Positions 1 to 12,327 of a stretch of DNA of 64,000 bases are shown here, one piece after another. Numbering within the stretch: position 1 is the first letter of the stretch; each line of letters begins with the position of its first letter. Position numbers and translations under genes: made by a program. Source of the stretch: Dictyostelium discoideum (Eukaryota); assembly GCA_000004695.1 (NCBI GenBank), contig CM000151.3, positions 6,368,001 to 6,432,000 on the forward strand, read 5' to 3'. The notes beneath the pieces were generated by a model. The model was not told where the DNA came from. It worked only from the letters and a program-made list of their open reading frames with translations, and did not search any database.

Positions 1-3000
1 CTGTTACTTTAAATGATGTTATAACAGCAGGTGGCCCAGTAACACTTAATGGACAATTTTTAAATGTTGATACATCTCTAAGAGTTAAAATTCAAGATGT
101 AGATTGCCAAGTTTTAAGTGTAACACCTACTCAACTCCGATTTATTAGTCCACAGAAATCTTCAAGTGGTTCAAATACGTTTAGTTTAATTGTTGGTGGT
201 TTTGAATATACAGCAAATATTAATTATGTTTATGGCACTGCACCAATTTTTGATAACAAATATTCATGGAAAACAGTTGATGGTAAAAGTGTATTGGCTC
301 TTAGTGGTAAATATTTTTCACAATTTTCAAACAATATTATAAATGTTAATGGTAATGAATACACCGCAAGTATTACAAATGCAGCATTTGGTACTCAAAC
401 TTCCATTAGTCTTTTAAGTGATGTTCCAACAAATTCAATAGCTGTAGGAGCATCATTCCAGGTTTCAGTTAAAGTTGGAGGACAATCATCAGATACTAAA
501 AGTTTTAACTTTTTTAAACCTTCGGTTACTAAAACAACTTCATTATTAGATATTGGTGGTGTTGCAGTTTTCGAAGGTACATTTGGTATGGGTGAAGTTT
601 CTTCTATTAGGTCATTAACTATTGGTTCAATAACACCAGTTATACAAACTTTAAATACGACAGCTATTAAATTCCAATATTCCAGTCAAAATGCTGGTAC
701 ATATAATATGATTTTAAATATGGGAGGTTGTGAATCAATTACATCTATAACATATTCAACCACACCTGCACCAATTATTAGTAAATATACATGGCAACAA
801 TCTAGTAATATTTTAAATTTATTTGGTCAATGGTTTGGTTATTATGTTTCAAATTTGGTTTATATTAATAATGGTAATGCTAATACAATTCAAACAGCTA
901 CTCTTTCTTCTGGATATGATGTTCTTTCTTTATCACCATCTGTTTTACCTTCAATTGGTGATTCATTTACTGTTAAAGTTACAGTTAATGGTAGATCAAC
1001 AACATCAAATTTTGTTTATATTCAATCGGTTTCAATGACAACTCAATCATTAATTAAAACGGGTGGTATTGCAACATTTACAGGTTTATACACTGTTTCA
1101 AATCCAAATGTTGTATCACTTAAAATTGATGGTACTCAATGCCAAATATCAGTAATATCACCAAATTCTATTAAATTTAAATACCCTTCAAAAGCTATTG
1201 GTCAATATTCACTTTTAATTAATATTGGTGGTTTTGAATATACTACAACAGTTCAATATATAGATCCACCAACACCAACACTTTCAAATTCTTATAGATG
1301 GTCTAATACAGGAGAATTAATTTTCACTGGTACTGGAATAAGTTATGTAAATCAAAATCAATTAATTATTAATGGCGTTCCCTATGATGCTACTCTTGCA
1401 GTTGATTCTCAAGTACCAGGTTTTGATGATATTACATTTACATCTTCATCATTACCAACAACATTATTACAAGAAGACCAATTGTTTACTGTTCAAGTTT
1501 CAACAAATGGTTTGGTTTCAAACATAGTAACTTTTAACTTTATAAAAAAGATTATAATGAATGTTACTGATATCTATAGTATTTCTGGATATAAAGGTAG
1601 TGCTTATACAAATTTCACTGGTACATTTGGTACATCAAATACATCGATCGTATCATTAACTATTGATAATGTTCCATGCACAATTTATTCAATTTCACCA
1701 ACATCAATTGTTTTTTCAAATAATTTTAATATTAATTTAGGAAATTGTATTTTATTATTAAACATTGGAGGATTAGTTTATTCAACATCAATCAATGTTG
1801 TTGTGGTACCAAATCCAAAACTTTTAACAACTTATAATTGGATTTCAAATGATAATATGGTATTTTATGGTTCAACATTTTGTCATAATGCAGAAAATAT
1901 AGCTAATATTAATGGTGTAGGGTATGGAACATCATACGCCTATTCAATCAATGGTATTGATCAAATTTATTTTGATGTTAACCTTTTAATTTCATCATTA
2001 ACCATTGGTCAACCATTCACTGTTAAAGTTCATTCTGGTGTTGGATATTCAAATTTAGTTTCGTTTTTATATATAAAATCAATTTCAATCAATACTGTTG
2101 GTATTTATAATATTGATGGACTTGGAAGTTTATCTACAATTTTTTATGGCTCATTTAGTACATCAGATAGTAATTTTGTTTCATTATATATTGGAGAAGT
2201 TGAATGCACTATTAATTCAATTAGTCCAACTTTAATAAATTTTTCACACACTTCAAATTTTAAATTAGGTTCAAATGATTTACATATAAATATTGGAGGA
2301 TTTGAATATACTACAACAGTTTATGTTATGTCTGCACCAACCCCAATACTTTTAAATAGTTATTATTGGTCAGAGGATGATAATTTAATATTAAAAGGTT
2401 CAACATTTAATTATAAATCACAAAATAAAGTTAATATTAATAGTGTTGATTTTAATTCACCACCAGCTTTTTCAAATAATAGTATTGATCAAATTAAATT
2501 TAATGATAATTCAACAACTTCATCATTAACCATCGGTCAATCATTCACAGTTTATGTTAATAATGGTTTTGAAAATTCAAATTCAATAACATTTATATAT
2601 TTAAAATCAATTTCAATTAATACCCAAAGTTTAAATAATACTGGTGGTGATGCTACATTCTCTGGTGATTTTTATGTTTCAGATACATCTTTGGTTTCAC
2701 TTTTAATTGATAATGTTGACGTTCAAGTTACTCATATCTCTCCAAATAATATTTCATTCCAATATCCTGCAAAATCTAATGGTGAATATAATTTGTTTAT
2801 AAATATTGGTGGATTTGAATATTTAACAACTCTACAATATGTTACAAAACCAACCCCATCTCCTTCACAAACATCAGATTCTCAAACAACCGGATCTCAA
2901 ACAGCTGGAACTCAAACAACAGGTACCCAAACAACAACCACCCAAACAACGGGTACCCAAACAACAGGTACTCAAACAACAGGTACCCAAACAACAGGTA

Positions 3001-3215
3001 CCCAAACAACAGGTACTCAAACCACAGGTACTCAAACCACAGGTACCCAAACCACAGGTATTCAAACAACAGGTACCCAAACAACAGGCACACAAACATC
3101 TAGCAAACCAGATGAACCATCTGATGAAGAACACTTATCAGTTTCTTTTAAATTACCAATTTCGTTTATTTTAACACAATTCTCATTGTTTTTATTATTA
3201 TTGTTATTATTATAG
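1..3215 (+). CDS. 5'-partial gene for a large extracellular repeat protein (IPT/TIG-like beta-sandwich repeats, Tgr-like?) ending in a mucin-like (TQTTG)n tail and a hydrophobic C-terminus
   Basis: The frame is open from nt 3; the listed ORF 294..3215 starts at an internal TTG. At least four units of about 245 aa each contain two sub-repeats, '...SLTIGQxFTVKVxxNGxxSNxVTFxYIKSISINT...' and '...CxIxSISPxSIxFxYP....NIGGFEYTTTVxYv..P.P'. The tail has about 13 copies of TQTTG encoded by a 15-bp tandem repeat. The last 20 aa are hydrophobic (LPISFILTQFSLFLLLLLLL), a GPI-signal-like end. Confidence 0.6.
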   Translation, partial: VTLNDVITAGGPVTLNGQFLNVDTSLRVKIQDVDCQVLSVTPTQLRFISPQKSSSGSNTFSLIVGGFEYTANINYVYGTAPIFDNKYSWKTVDGKSVLALSGKYFSQFSNNIINVNGNEYTASITNAAFGTQTSISLLSDVPTNSIAVGASFQVSVKVGGQSSDTKSFNFFKPSVTKTTSLLDIGGVAVFEGTFGMGEVSSIRSLTIGSITPVIQTLNTTAIKFQYSSQNAGTYNMILNMGGCESITSITYSTTPAPIISKYTWQQSSNILNLFGQWFGYYVSNLVYINNGNANTIQTATLSSGYDVLSLSPSVLPSIGDSFTVKVTVNGRSTTSNFVYIQSVSMTTQSLIKTGGIATFTGLYTVSNPNVVSLKIDGTQCQISVISPNSIKFKYPSKAIGQYSLLINIGGFEYTTTVQYIDPPTPTLSNSYRWSNTGELIFTGTGISYVNQNQLIINGVPYDATLAVDSQVPGFDDITFTSSSLPTTLLQEDQLFTVQVSTNGLVSNIVTFNFIKKIIMNVTDIYSISGYKGSAYTNFTGTFGTSNTSIVSLTIDNVPCTIYSISPTSIVFSNNFNINLGNCILLLNIGGLVYSTSINVVVVPNPKLLTTYNWISNDNMVFYGSTFCHNAENIANINGVGYGTSYAYSINGIDQIYFDVNLLISSLTIGQPFTVKVHSGVGYSNLVSFLYIKSISINTVGIYNIDGLGSLSTIFYGSFSTSDSNFVSLYIGEVECTINSISPTLINFSHTSNFKLGSNDLHINIGGFEYTTTVYVMSAPTPILLNSYYWSEDDNLILKGSTFNYKSQNKVNINSVDFNSPPAFSNNSIDQIKFNDNSTTSSLTIGQSFTVYVNNGFENSNSITFIYLKSISINTQSLNNTGGDATFSGDFYVSDTSLVSLLIDNVDVQVTHISPNNISFQYPAKSNGEYNLFINIGGFEYLTTLQYVTKPTPSPSQTSDSQTTGSQTAGTQTTGTQTTTTQTTGTQTTGTQTTGTQTTGTQTTGTQTTGTQTTGTQTTGIQTTGTQTTGTQTSSKPDEPSDEEHLSVSFKLPISFILTQFSLFLLLLLLL
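2878..3095 (+). repeat. 15-bp coding tandem repeat (ggtacccaaacaaca)n, about 13-14 copies, encoding TQTTG Thr-rich linker
   Basis: Direct read of the sequence. All frames on both strands are open across it, which produced the spurious ORFs 2839..3174, 2842..3099 and 2874..3134. Confidence 0.85.
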
Positions 3216-3454
3216 TAAATAAAAATTTATTTTTGTTTAAAATTTAATCTATCAATTTAAAATGCTTAAATTGGATGATTATAAAATAGTTGTTCATTTT
3301 TATAAAAGTAATTGAACGTTTTAATTTTTTTTTTTTTTTTTTTGTAATTAAATATTAATTAATATTAACTCACCACAATAAAAATATATATTCGAATAAA
3401 ATAAATAAATAAATAAATTTTATTTTTATATATACATTAATTTAATAGAATTCC

Positions 3455-3486
<32 letters not shown>

Positions 3487-3492
<6 letters not shown>

Positions 3493-4986
3493 AAAGAAAA
3501 TAAAATTTATAAATATAATCAAAATTATTAAATTGAAACCAAAATTAATAATTGGAGAATTACTTGGGTTTTCACCAGAATCAGGACCTTGATAATCCAA
3601 GTAAACGAATTGTGGAGTTGAATCAATAGTGAGTTTAACTTTATTATTACTTGATGAGATGGTTTGTTTTATATTTTGATAGTTGTAAACAGAAGCGAAA
3701 TCTGCATCCAATTCGATTTCAATCGGGGTTGTATCTTCATCAGTTTTAAAGTTTGTAGAGTTTACCCAAATTAAATAACATGTTGAGCTTGGATTGCTAT
3801 ATGCATAAACAATGACACCACTTGGTAAACCTTTAAGAGATTTTGAAGAATCTAATGTTTTATCAAACAAATGGTGATCCCAAGTAACTAAAGATTTAGA
3901 GGAATCTTTAAGAACTGCTTTATCCTTTGCAAGTGTTTGATAGTCATAGAATAAACCCATATTTGAAAAAGCATCGGTACCAGAATTTGTATCACCCAAT
4001 ATAAAGATATGATTTTGACATACTCCTACCAATGTTGAAATAGTTGGTAATTTTAAGAAATAATTACGAGCCAAAGCAGAACTACCATAATAACCAGTAC
4101 CAGATTTAGTTGCAACACCAGTTTCAGTTACTATCCAAACTGATGGATTGAAGTTATATTTATTTGTTACTTTTCTGAAACTATTTTGTAAATCGGTATA
4201 TGCCAATAAGTATGCATCGGAATTTGTTTTTGAAGTACCATACATTGGATAGAAATGAGTTGAAATTGCATCAATATAATTCTTTCCAAATAAGGATGGA
4301 TTGGTTACAGAAGAGTTTTCACCATATCTTAATACAGCATCCAAGAATAATGGGTAACCTAAACCTCCGACAGTAATGAAACAAGTTGGATCAATTGATT
4401 TTGCAACTTCCCATGATATTCTTAATAAACGAACATATGTAAAAATATCACCTTGGAATCTTGCCAATTGGGCATTACTTGGTGGATTAGTTGCCCATGT
4501 TGAAACTACATTCCAATCGGAAACCCAATCTGGTTCATTATAGATTTCATAGATTTTAATATCACTCTTGTAAGTTGATACAATTTGTGATACACAATAT
4601 GCAAATTCATTAGCTTGATTGACTTTACCATTATCTAGCCAAATTGGTTGATAAATACTTGAAGGTACTGCTGAATCATCATTTTGATCAAAAGTTATAA
4701 ATGCTGTGAAATTACTTTGACCTGCTCTTTTTGAACTACCAAAACTATCATTATCATAAAGAATTTTATATCCCCATTGTTTGAAAAATGTGCATGGGAA
4801 TTTCATTCTTTGAGAACGAATTGATGCTTCCCCCATCAATGGTCCTAAATCTGAATTTGACCATCCACTTTTATATCCTGCATTTATACCATTTAAATAT
4901 TGTGGCCCATTATATGTACCACTTTCTGATAATACTATATTTATAAATAATATTGATAATAATAATAATATTTTTAAATTTTTCAT
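3487..4986 (-). CDS. Secreted glycoside hydrolase family 5 (cellulase/mannanase-like) protein with hydrophobic C-terminal (GPI-type) tail
   Basis: Single 499-aa ORF. N-terminal signal peptide MKNLKILLLLSILFINIVLS. GH5 hallmarks: 'IYEIYNEPDW' (NEP acid/base), 'STHFYPMY' (H-x-Y), 'WIVTETGVA' (nucleophile Glu in TExG). C-terminal hydrophobic stretch NLIILIIFINFIFFI. Confidence 0.55.
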
Positions 4987-5138
4987 TTTAAATCAAAAAA
5001 AAAAAAAACAAAACAAACAAAACAAAACAAATAAAATTATTGGTTTATGCTGAAAAAAAAAAAATAATAAAAAAAATAAAATTTTTTTTTTTTTTTTATT
5101 TGGAAAATGGTGATTGGTAGATTTGTATAAAAGATATT

Positions 5139-5175
<37 letters not shown>

Positions 5176-5736
5176 ATTTTTATTTTTTTTAAAGCAAAAA
5201 ATAATAATTTATTTGAAAATAAAAAATCTTTGCCAAAGGGTTTTACAATAATTTTGTTGTAATATTTTTTTTTTAACTTCCCTGTATCTAGCGTTCTTAA
5301 ATAAAATCTATTCTTTATTTTTTTTTTTTTTTTTTTTTTTTATAGTGATTAAATTTGATTTTATGAAAATAAAAATTTTATGGGGTGAGGACCTTTACAT
5401 TAAAAAAAGTTGGGCAGGCCTTAACTAAAATCCATTCAATTTTTATCTTATTATATACCAATATAAAATGTTTATTATTTGTGGGTTCAAAAAAAAAAAA
5501 AAAAAAAAAAATAATAATCAAAAATAAATCAGGTTCTCAAAGAGATATAAATTCTTCATTAATAATTTAATCTTTTAAAATTTTAAATAATAAAAATAAA
5601 CATCTATTTTTGCTAAAGACCTAAATCTAGATCTTGTAAATATTTGATATCTAAAAAAAAAAAAAAAAAGAGATACTCGTTTGTTGGGTCGGGTTTTTAT
5701 TATTCATTTTTTATTATTATTTATATACACATTCAA

Positions 5737-7785
5737 TTAACCAAGAGGATCTAAAAAACTTTGAATCAATGAATCACCATTAATTAATTTTGTTGTTAAA
5801 ATAATAAACTTCTTATTAGTTTGTTTACCCAAAAATCTTAAAGCTGAAATTTCTGAAAAAGTAACACCACCAACAAAAAATACCATTGAAACACCTGATT
5901 TTTCTATTGAATTTATATTATTACTATTATTTGTAACATCAGTATTTAATGTACCAGGAGAACCACTTGACGAAATTGGTGTATTATTACTATTTGTATT
6001 ATTATTTATATTATTTATATTATTATTATTATTATTATTTATATTATGATTATTATTATTATCATCATCATAATCATAATTTTCATTTTCATCATTATTT
6101 AAAGAAAGTGATGCAATTGAAGGCGCAGAACCAGAATGAACTATACCACTACCATTATTATTATTATTATTATTTAAAAAGAATAATTGATTTTCATCAA
6201 AAATTGGACCAGGTAATAATTTTAAAGTATTTTCAATTGATTTCCAACCAGTTTTAGAAGATGGTAAAGAATATTGAACCAATCTAATTAATAGTGGAGC
6301 ATAACCAGAGTAAACGTAAGAGAAATCAGAAGGATCAATTTCATTGACATCATCAATTATTAAATTTAAATCCTCTTTAATTTGTTGAAAATTACCAATT
6401 GGTTTTGAATCTGATTTTCTAATTTGAATAAGACCAACTTTTTCAAGTTGTGATAATTGAATTAACCATTCTATGCCATAGTTTGAGATGATTTTAGATT
6501 TAATGAATTCATAATCATTCAATGGTAAACCATTATTAGTTAAACTATACAATGATAATAATCTAAGTACTTTTAAAATTGGATCTTTAATAGTGATACA
6601 TTCTTGAATATATCTATCGGCTAAATAAATATCATCTGAACCTAATAATAACTTTTGTTCACAATCTAATCTATTTTGAAAATAAGTTGATGCAGTAATT
6701 TCATGAATTTTCTCTGCAATTCCAACATGAACATGTAAACAAAATTCCTCTTGCTTACTAGAGTTTACACGTTTCATTAAATCACGTAATGCTGTTAAAC
6801 TTTCTGATCCAGTTAATTGTTTCTTTTCATCATAATATTGTTGTTTAGCTTTTGAATTTAATACACCACCTGGTCCCATTAAACTTGAAAAATTCATATC
6901 TCTAACTTGTGAAAATATTTTATCACCACTATGTAATGGAAATGATGATTTTTTATTATAATACATTGATCCACTATTATTATTATTATTTCTTTTATTA
7001 TTTTGATTATTATTTTGATTATTATTTTGTTGTGATGAAATACTATCATTTAAAATTTGACTATCAATTAATAAAATATTATTATTAATTGAAAAATATT
7101 CATCAATTAAACCTTCATATGTTAGAGGTGTACATAATGGTGTAATTAAATCAATATCACGATCAATAAACATAATTGAATCAATTTCTTTTGAAATTTC
7201 TAAAGATCTAATTGAATTTTGATTATTTTGATTTAAATCTCTTTGTTTTTCATTTCTAAGTCTTGATAGAGTTTCAACGATTAGCTTTGAAACTTTACCT
7301 TTACCTTTAATTGTTGGAATTAAACCAAATATCGATTGAAGTTTCATTACTGATTTTGATATATCATATGCAATCGATTTATTATTCTCCATTAAATATT
7401 CTCTATAGGAATTTGGTGATTCAAATGATAGTACATCATTATCCAATGGTATTAAATCCATTGACATTGATGTAATCGTTGAAAAATTACCATAAACACC
7501 TTGTTCCTCTAATATTGAATCACAAATTGGATCTACTTTTGGTATATAAATCATTGAATAATTCTTTTTAACATAATCATATAAATGACCTCTAATATGT
7601 TCTGATATGAAATTCATATACTTTACATTTGGTCTAATTAAATAAATTATGTTCTTTGATTCAGTTTCTAATTTACCTGATTTTAATTCATAAATTTTAT
7701 CAATACCATTTTGTTTTAAAAATATTGGATCTAAAAATAAATTCATTAATCCAATAATTTTTGAATCAATAATTAATGATGTTAA

Positions 7786-7859
<74 letters not shown>

Positions 7860-8313
7860 TACTAATATTATTATTATTTAAAATATTATTATAATTTGTA
7901 CTATTTTGATTATTATTATTTTGATTATTTTGAGATGATAAATTTGGTGATAAATTTGGAGGTGTTGAATTATTAATTAAATTTAAATTATTAATTAATG
8001 ATTGTTCATTCCTTATAAAATCTAATGCATCAATAAAATTTAATTTATATTGTTCTCTTAATGGTTCAAAATTTAATATTGATGATACATCTGTAGTTTG
8101 ACTTAAAATAGTTGGTTTTGGTTGTACATTATTTGCATTTACATTTGGGTTATTATTTAATGGTACTGTTTTTCTATTAAAAAGATTATTAACGACACCA
8201 TTAATACCACTACTCTCTCTTTTCTCTTCACTTGTATTAATACTTTCTTTATTATTTTGACTATTTTGATTATTATTACTATTAATAATTGGTTTTTTTA
8301 ATTTATTAAACAT
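5737..8313 (-). CDS. vps33: Sec1/Munc18-family protein, Vps33-like, with long poly-Asn insertions
   Basis: Continuous 858-aa ORF. C-terminus '...VFFVGGVTFSEISALRFLGKQTNKKFIILTTKLINGDSLIQSFLDPLG' matches the Vps33 signature (GGxT[FY]SEIaALRFL ... LTT..ING.S). Central '...LTALRDLMKRV...CLHVHVGIAEKIHE' is Sec1-like. A coding (AAT)n microsatellite around 7790-7860 gives a run of 24 Asn. Confidence 0.6.
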
Positions 8314-8611
8314 TTTTTTTTTTTTTTTTTAATAATAAACCATTGATTATTTATTATCTTAATTGAGTGGTGGATTTATTTATAAATTTTTTTATTATTT
8401 TTTTTTTTTTCAGTGAATGAATTGTTTTGTTTTGTCAAAATTAAAAAAAAAAAAAAAAACAAAAGTTTTAAAAAAACTGTTGCTGATTATAAATTTTTAC
8501 TTGATTTTTCAATCAAAAAAAAAAAAAAAATTAAAAAAAATAAAAAAATAAAAAAAAAAAAGATATTTTAATTTTTGTTTTATTTTTATTTTTATTTTTT
8601 TATATTTTTGA

Positions 8612-9820
8612 TCACTTTCCTTCAAATTCAATAAAATGTTCGAAAAATGGTGGTAATGAAGAAGGAAATTTAATAGTTGGAGTAATTTCCCAATATGAAC
8701 AAACTCTAGGTGAAGAAGGATGATATTGAAAACATTTCATTTCATTATGACAAGTATCATCTTCACATGATTCAAATTCACATTGTTGACTTGTAGTATT
8801 ACAAAATTGATTGGATAAACATGTACCACCGAAACAAATGGGTGTATTATTTATACTTTGCAAATTTCTTTCAAATTCTATACAAACACCACTCCAACCG
8901 AACTTTCTACAAATCCAACCAGTTGGACAATTACCACATTCAAATATTTCATTAAAGAAATTAAATGATCCATATGGTATACATAATGCACTATTTAATG
9001 GATTATACGTTGAACATTCAAAACCGCTTGGACAACTATTATTTGATAATTCACATGAAACAGTTTGATTTGTTCTTTCAACTATAATTTCACCACTACC
9101 ATTATTATTATTATTACTATTATTATTGATTAAAACAGTTGTAGTTGTTAAATTCTCTATAACTTTAAAACATGATACTATACCAACTCCAATAAGTGGT
9201 AAACATTCAGTACCAACATCACATTGAACTATATCGCAACTAGTGGGTAGACATGTTTTGACATCGTTCACCATCCTACAAACATATCCATCAACACATG
9301 GTAAATCACATCTTGTTCTTCCAAATATTATTTTACTATTTATACTCTTTAAAAAATTGGTACAAACTGGTTCAGGTTGACAACATAATGATTCAGGTTC
9401 TTCACAATCTGCCACTGATTCATAAATACAATCAAATCCTTTACTTTCACAATTTAATTCTTTACAAGTTATATTTGGTATTGGTATAATTTCGTAACCT
9501 GGTATTTCATTAATATCACCCCATAGTTCATAGAATACACCAGTTTGAAGATTTCTTAAACAATTTTGAATCTCTAATTTTTTATTACTTATATAACCAA
9601 TTACTGTATCGATTTCTAAACATAATGAAACTTGTCCTGGACAACAACTTGTTAAAATTAATGACATACACATTGGATATGCCGCTAAACATAATTCTGA
9701 TGATAATGTTTCACATCCTGTTAAACAATTAATTTTTGATTTATTTTCAATCTCTATTATTATTAATATTATTATTATTATATATTTTATTATTTTAAAT
9801 TGTTTATTTATATTTATTTT

Positions 9821-9823
<3 letters not shown>
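8612..9823 (-). CDS. Secreted cysteine-rich protein (more than 45 Cys), unknown function
   Basis: ORF 8612..9892. The first 23 codons are poly-K read out of an oligo(A) tract. The likely start is the second ATG at 9821-9823 (MKININKQFKIIKYIIIIILIII, signal-like). Dense Cys spacing (CLTGCETLSSELC..CCPGQVSLC..CEEPESLCCQPEPVC...) suggests EGF/disulfide-knot-like extracellular modules. Confidence 0.5.
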
Positions 9824-9864
<41 letters not shown>

Positions 9865-10089
9865 TTTTTTGTTTTTTTATTTCAGATTCCATATATGGAA
9901 CAAGAAATAAATAAATAAAAATGACTATATATGGTTTAAATTTGAATTTGAATATTTATGTTTTTTATTTGGTCAAACCGTATAAAATAACAACAATATA
10001 CCATTATTTTTAACAGCTAAAATATTAATGAATGGTGAAATCATATTAATATTAATATTATTGTTGTTATGTCGCACCACACACCCCCC

Positions 10090-10147
<58 letters not shown>

Positions 10148-10380
10148 AAAAAAAACAAAAAAAAATAAATTAATATATAAATAAAAATAATAAAAAGGAA
10201 TACCTTAACCCATGGGAATATATTATAATAAATTAATTATTATGATAAAAGATTTGGATTTTTTAAAATAAATTCTAACATCGAAATATAAATATACTGT
10301 AAAGCCAATATAATAAATTTACATATTATTGTGTCTTTACTTAAAGTTGTGTGATTAATAATTTTATTAAACTCTTTTTT

Positions 10381-10456
10381 TTATTCTTATTTTTTTATTA
10401 TTATTATTATTATATTATTATTATTATTATATTATTATTATTATTATTATTGTTAT

Positions 10457-10494
<38 letters not shown>

Positions 10495-11252
10495 AGTAGT
10501 TGGTGTTATATGAGCAGTATGGTCTGAAGTGTTCCGGGATGTTTATGGTCATGAGTTTCGAGTTCCAGTTGTAGTGTTATCGTTGAATTTTATTTGGTTT
10601 CTTCTGTACCATATCGATTCCATAATGGCTCCTATAAGATTTGATGAGAATGGTGTGAGTAGTTTTCCGAGAACTTTTTCGCTCCATGGACCGCGGTAAG
10701 TGTTGTTAGAGTCTTTACAGACCTTTTGATAGATTGAGTCGATATCCTGTTTTATTGATTTGCATTCGAAGAAGATGTGCATAGACGACTCTTCTTCTTT
10801 ACATGAGTGGCAATTCTCCCCATGGTGTTTTGGAAGTGCCTTGAGTAGATACCTCCATGCTAAGTCTCTTCCTTTGATAGTTGTGATTGATCTGGCTTCT
10901 CTAAATGGTAGAATTGGGTGATTAATGTTCTTTTGAATCAGTTTTTGACCTGTTGTTGGCTGGTGTTTGTTCCATCCCTTGTATTTGATATCCATCATGT
11001 TTCTATAGATTACTTTTAATTTTTGTTTGTTTTTGTATTTGGGTTTGACTTGGTTTAGTTTGAGAGTTATTCGCTCTCTTGGGTGGTGCAACAACTTCCA
11101 GGCTTTCCAGCATTTGATGTGAATCCTTGATAGTGAGTTTTCTTTTTCCGACTTCCAGACTTCCATATGTGGAGGGCAGTTCTGGTCGTCTTTTTCTCTG
11201 AAGTATTGTTCGTATATCCATGCTTTCTGGGCATTGGATCTGGTTGCCATAT
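10381..11252 (-). mobile_element. 5'-truncated, internally deleted copy of a TRE5-type (TRE5-A-like) non-LTR retrotransposon, lying 43-45 bp upstream of tRNA-Ser
   Basis: About 97% identical to 12463..13560 of the full element (3' module plus the last ~230 codons of ORF2, ORF remnant 10549..11250). It carries a ~185-bp internal deletion relative to 12699-12883. Homology ends at 11252 and tRNA-Ser starts at 11295. Confidence 0.75.
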
Positions 11253-11294
11253 TCCAGAGATAAAATTTTATTTATTTAAATATTTATTCTTAAA

Positions 11295-11376
11295 AAACAT
11301 CAAAGACATCGTAGCAAAGTGGTCTAATGCGTCTGACTAGAAATCAGATCCCTTCGGGGGCGCAGGTTCGAACCCT
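11295..11376 (+). tRNA. tRNA-Ser (anticodon AGA)
   Basis: 82 nt. Acceptor gacatcg/cgatgtc, 3-bp D-stem (class II), anticodon stem tctga/tcaga with loop ct-AGA-aa, 13-nt variable arm (cccttcggggg), T-arm gcagg-ttcgaac-cctgc, discriminator G. A box tagcaaagtgg, B box ggttcgaaccc. Confidence 0.85.
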
Positions 11377-11480
11377 GCCGATGTCGACTATATCTTTTAT
11401 CCTTAATCCAATTTTTTTAATCAAGATATTGTTAATACCGCTTTTAGGTAAAAAAAAAAAAAATCAAGATATTGTTACAT

Positions 11481-12044
11481 ACCATCCATCTTCCAACATA
11501 TCAACCACATATCACATCAAAAAGGTAGAAATACACTATTCAGATTTTTCTCAAGGTCACTTCCTGGAATCAACTATGAACGTAACGTACCATGCAAAAT
11601 CTGTAACAATATAATCCGTGACCCATACACTCACCTTTTTATAGACTGTATGCAAGTAAAAGAAATAGAAAACATAATAATTTCAACATTCAACAATCTC
11701 TCATTATTCAAGATCAGAAATTGGGATCTCAATTCACTAGATATTAGCAAAACAAATAAAAAAGAAAGAATCTACCCAAATTTAATCGGCATAATTATAC
11801 ATCAACTATGGAGAATAATTTGTCACAAACTATTCAATCAAGACGAATCTAAATCTCCACCCTCATTTGATCCAACATTAATTGAAAAAGAACTAACCAA
11901 CTTAATTAAAATAGAGAAATTCATTTTAATAAAGAAGATCGAAAGGAATGAAACAATATACAAATTAAATAACAGAGACCAATTAATAATCAACTTCAAC
12001 ACATCATGGCATAACCCGAACACTCCAAACCCAATTCCATTATA

Positions 12045-12080
<36 letters not shown>
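11481..12080 (+). mobile_element. 3' fragment of a second non-LTR retroelement (TRE3-like?) ending in a 35-nt poly(A), about 105 bp downstream of tRNA-Ser
   Basis: ORF 11650..12045 (131 aa) ends just before the poly(A) at 12046-12080. Its segment '...IIIHQLWRIICHKLFNQDE' parallels the TRE5 ORF2 C-terminal '...IMESIWYRRNQIKFNDN'. The 5' boundary is uncertain. Confidence 0.4.
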
Positions 12081-12185
12081 AAGTAGTAGTAATCATAATA
12101 TAACCAAAAATATCAACATATAACAATATAAAAATTTAAAAATTTAAAAATCTAAAAATTTAAAAATGTAATAAAATATAACAAT

Positions 12186-12283
12186 ATACCGCTTTTAGGT
12201 AAAAAAAAAAAAAATCAAGATATTGTTACACCGCTTTTAGGTAAAAAAAAAAAATAATCAAGATATTGTTTACACCGCTTTTA

Positions 12284-12327
<44 letters not shown>

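Noticed and set aside
2839-3174. Three overlapping ORFs (+ and -) inside the TQTTG region
   Set aside because: A 15-bp tandem repeat keeps every frame open. Only the frame continuous with the upstream repeat protein is meaningful.
5949-6257. 102-aa poly-Tyr/His ORF on the + strand
   Set aside because: It is antisense to the Asn-rich microsatellite-coding part of the Vps33-like gene and has no start context.
8811-9489. ORFs 8811..9068 and 9298..9489 on the + strand
   Set aside because: They are antisense to the cysteine-rich secreted protein gene and have no supporting features.
11327-11614. 95-aa ORF overlapping tRNA-Ser
   Set aside because: It spans a tRNA gene and retroelement junction; spurious.
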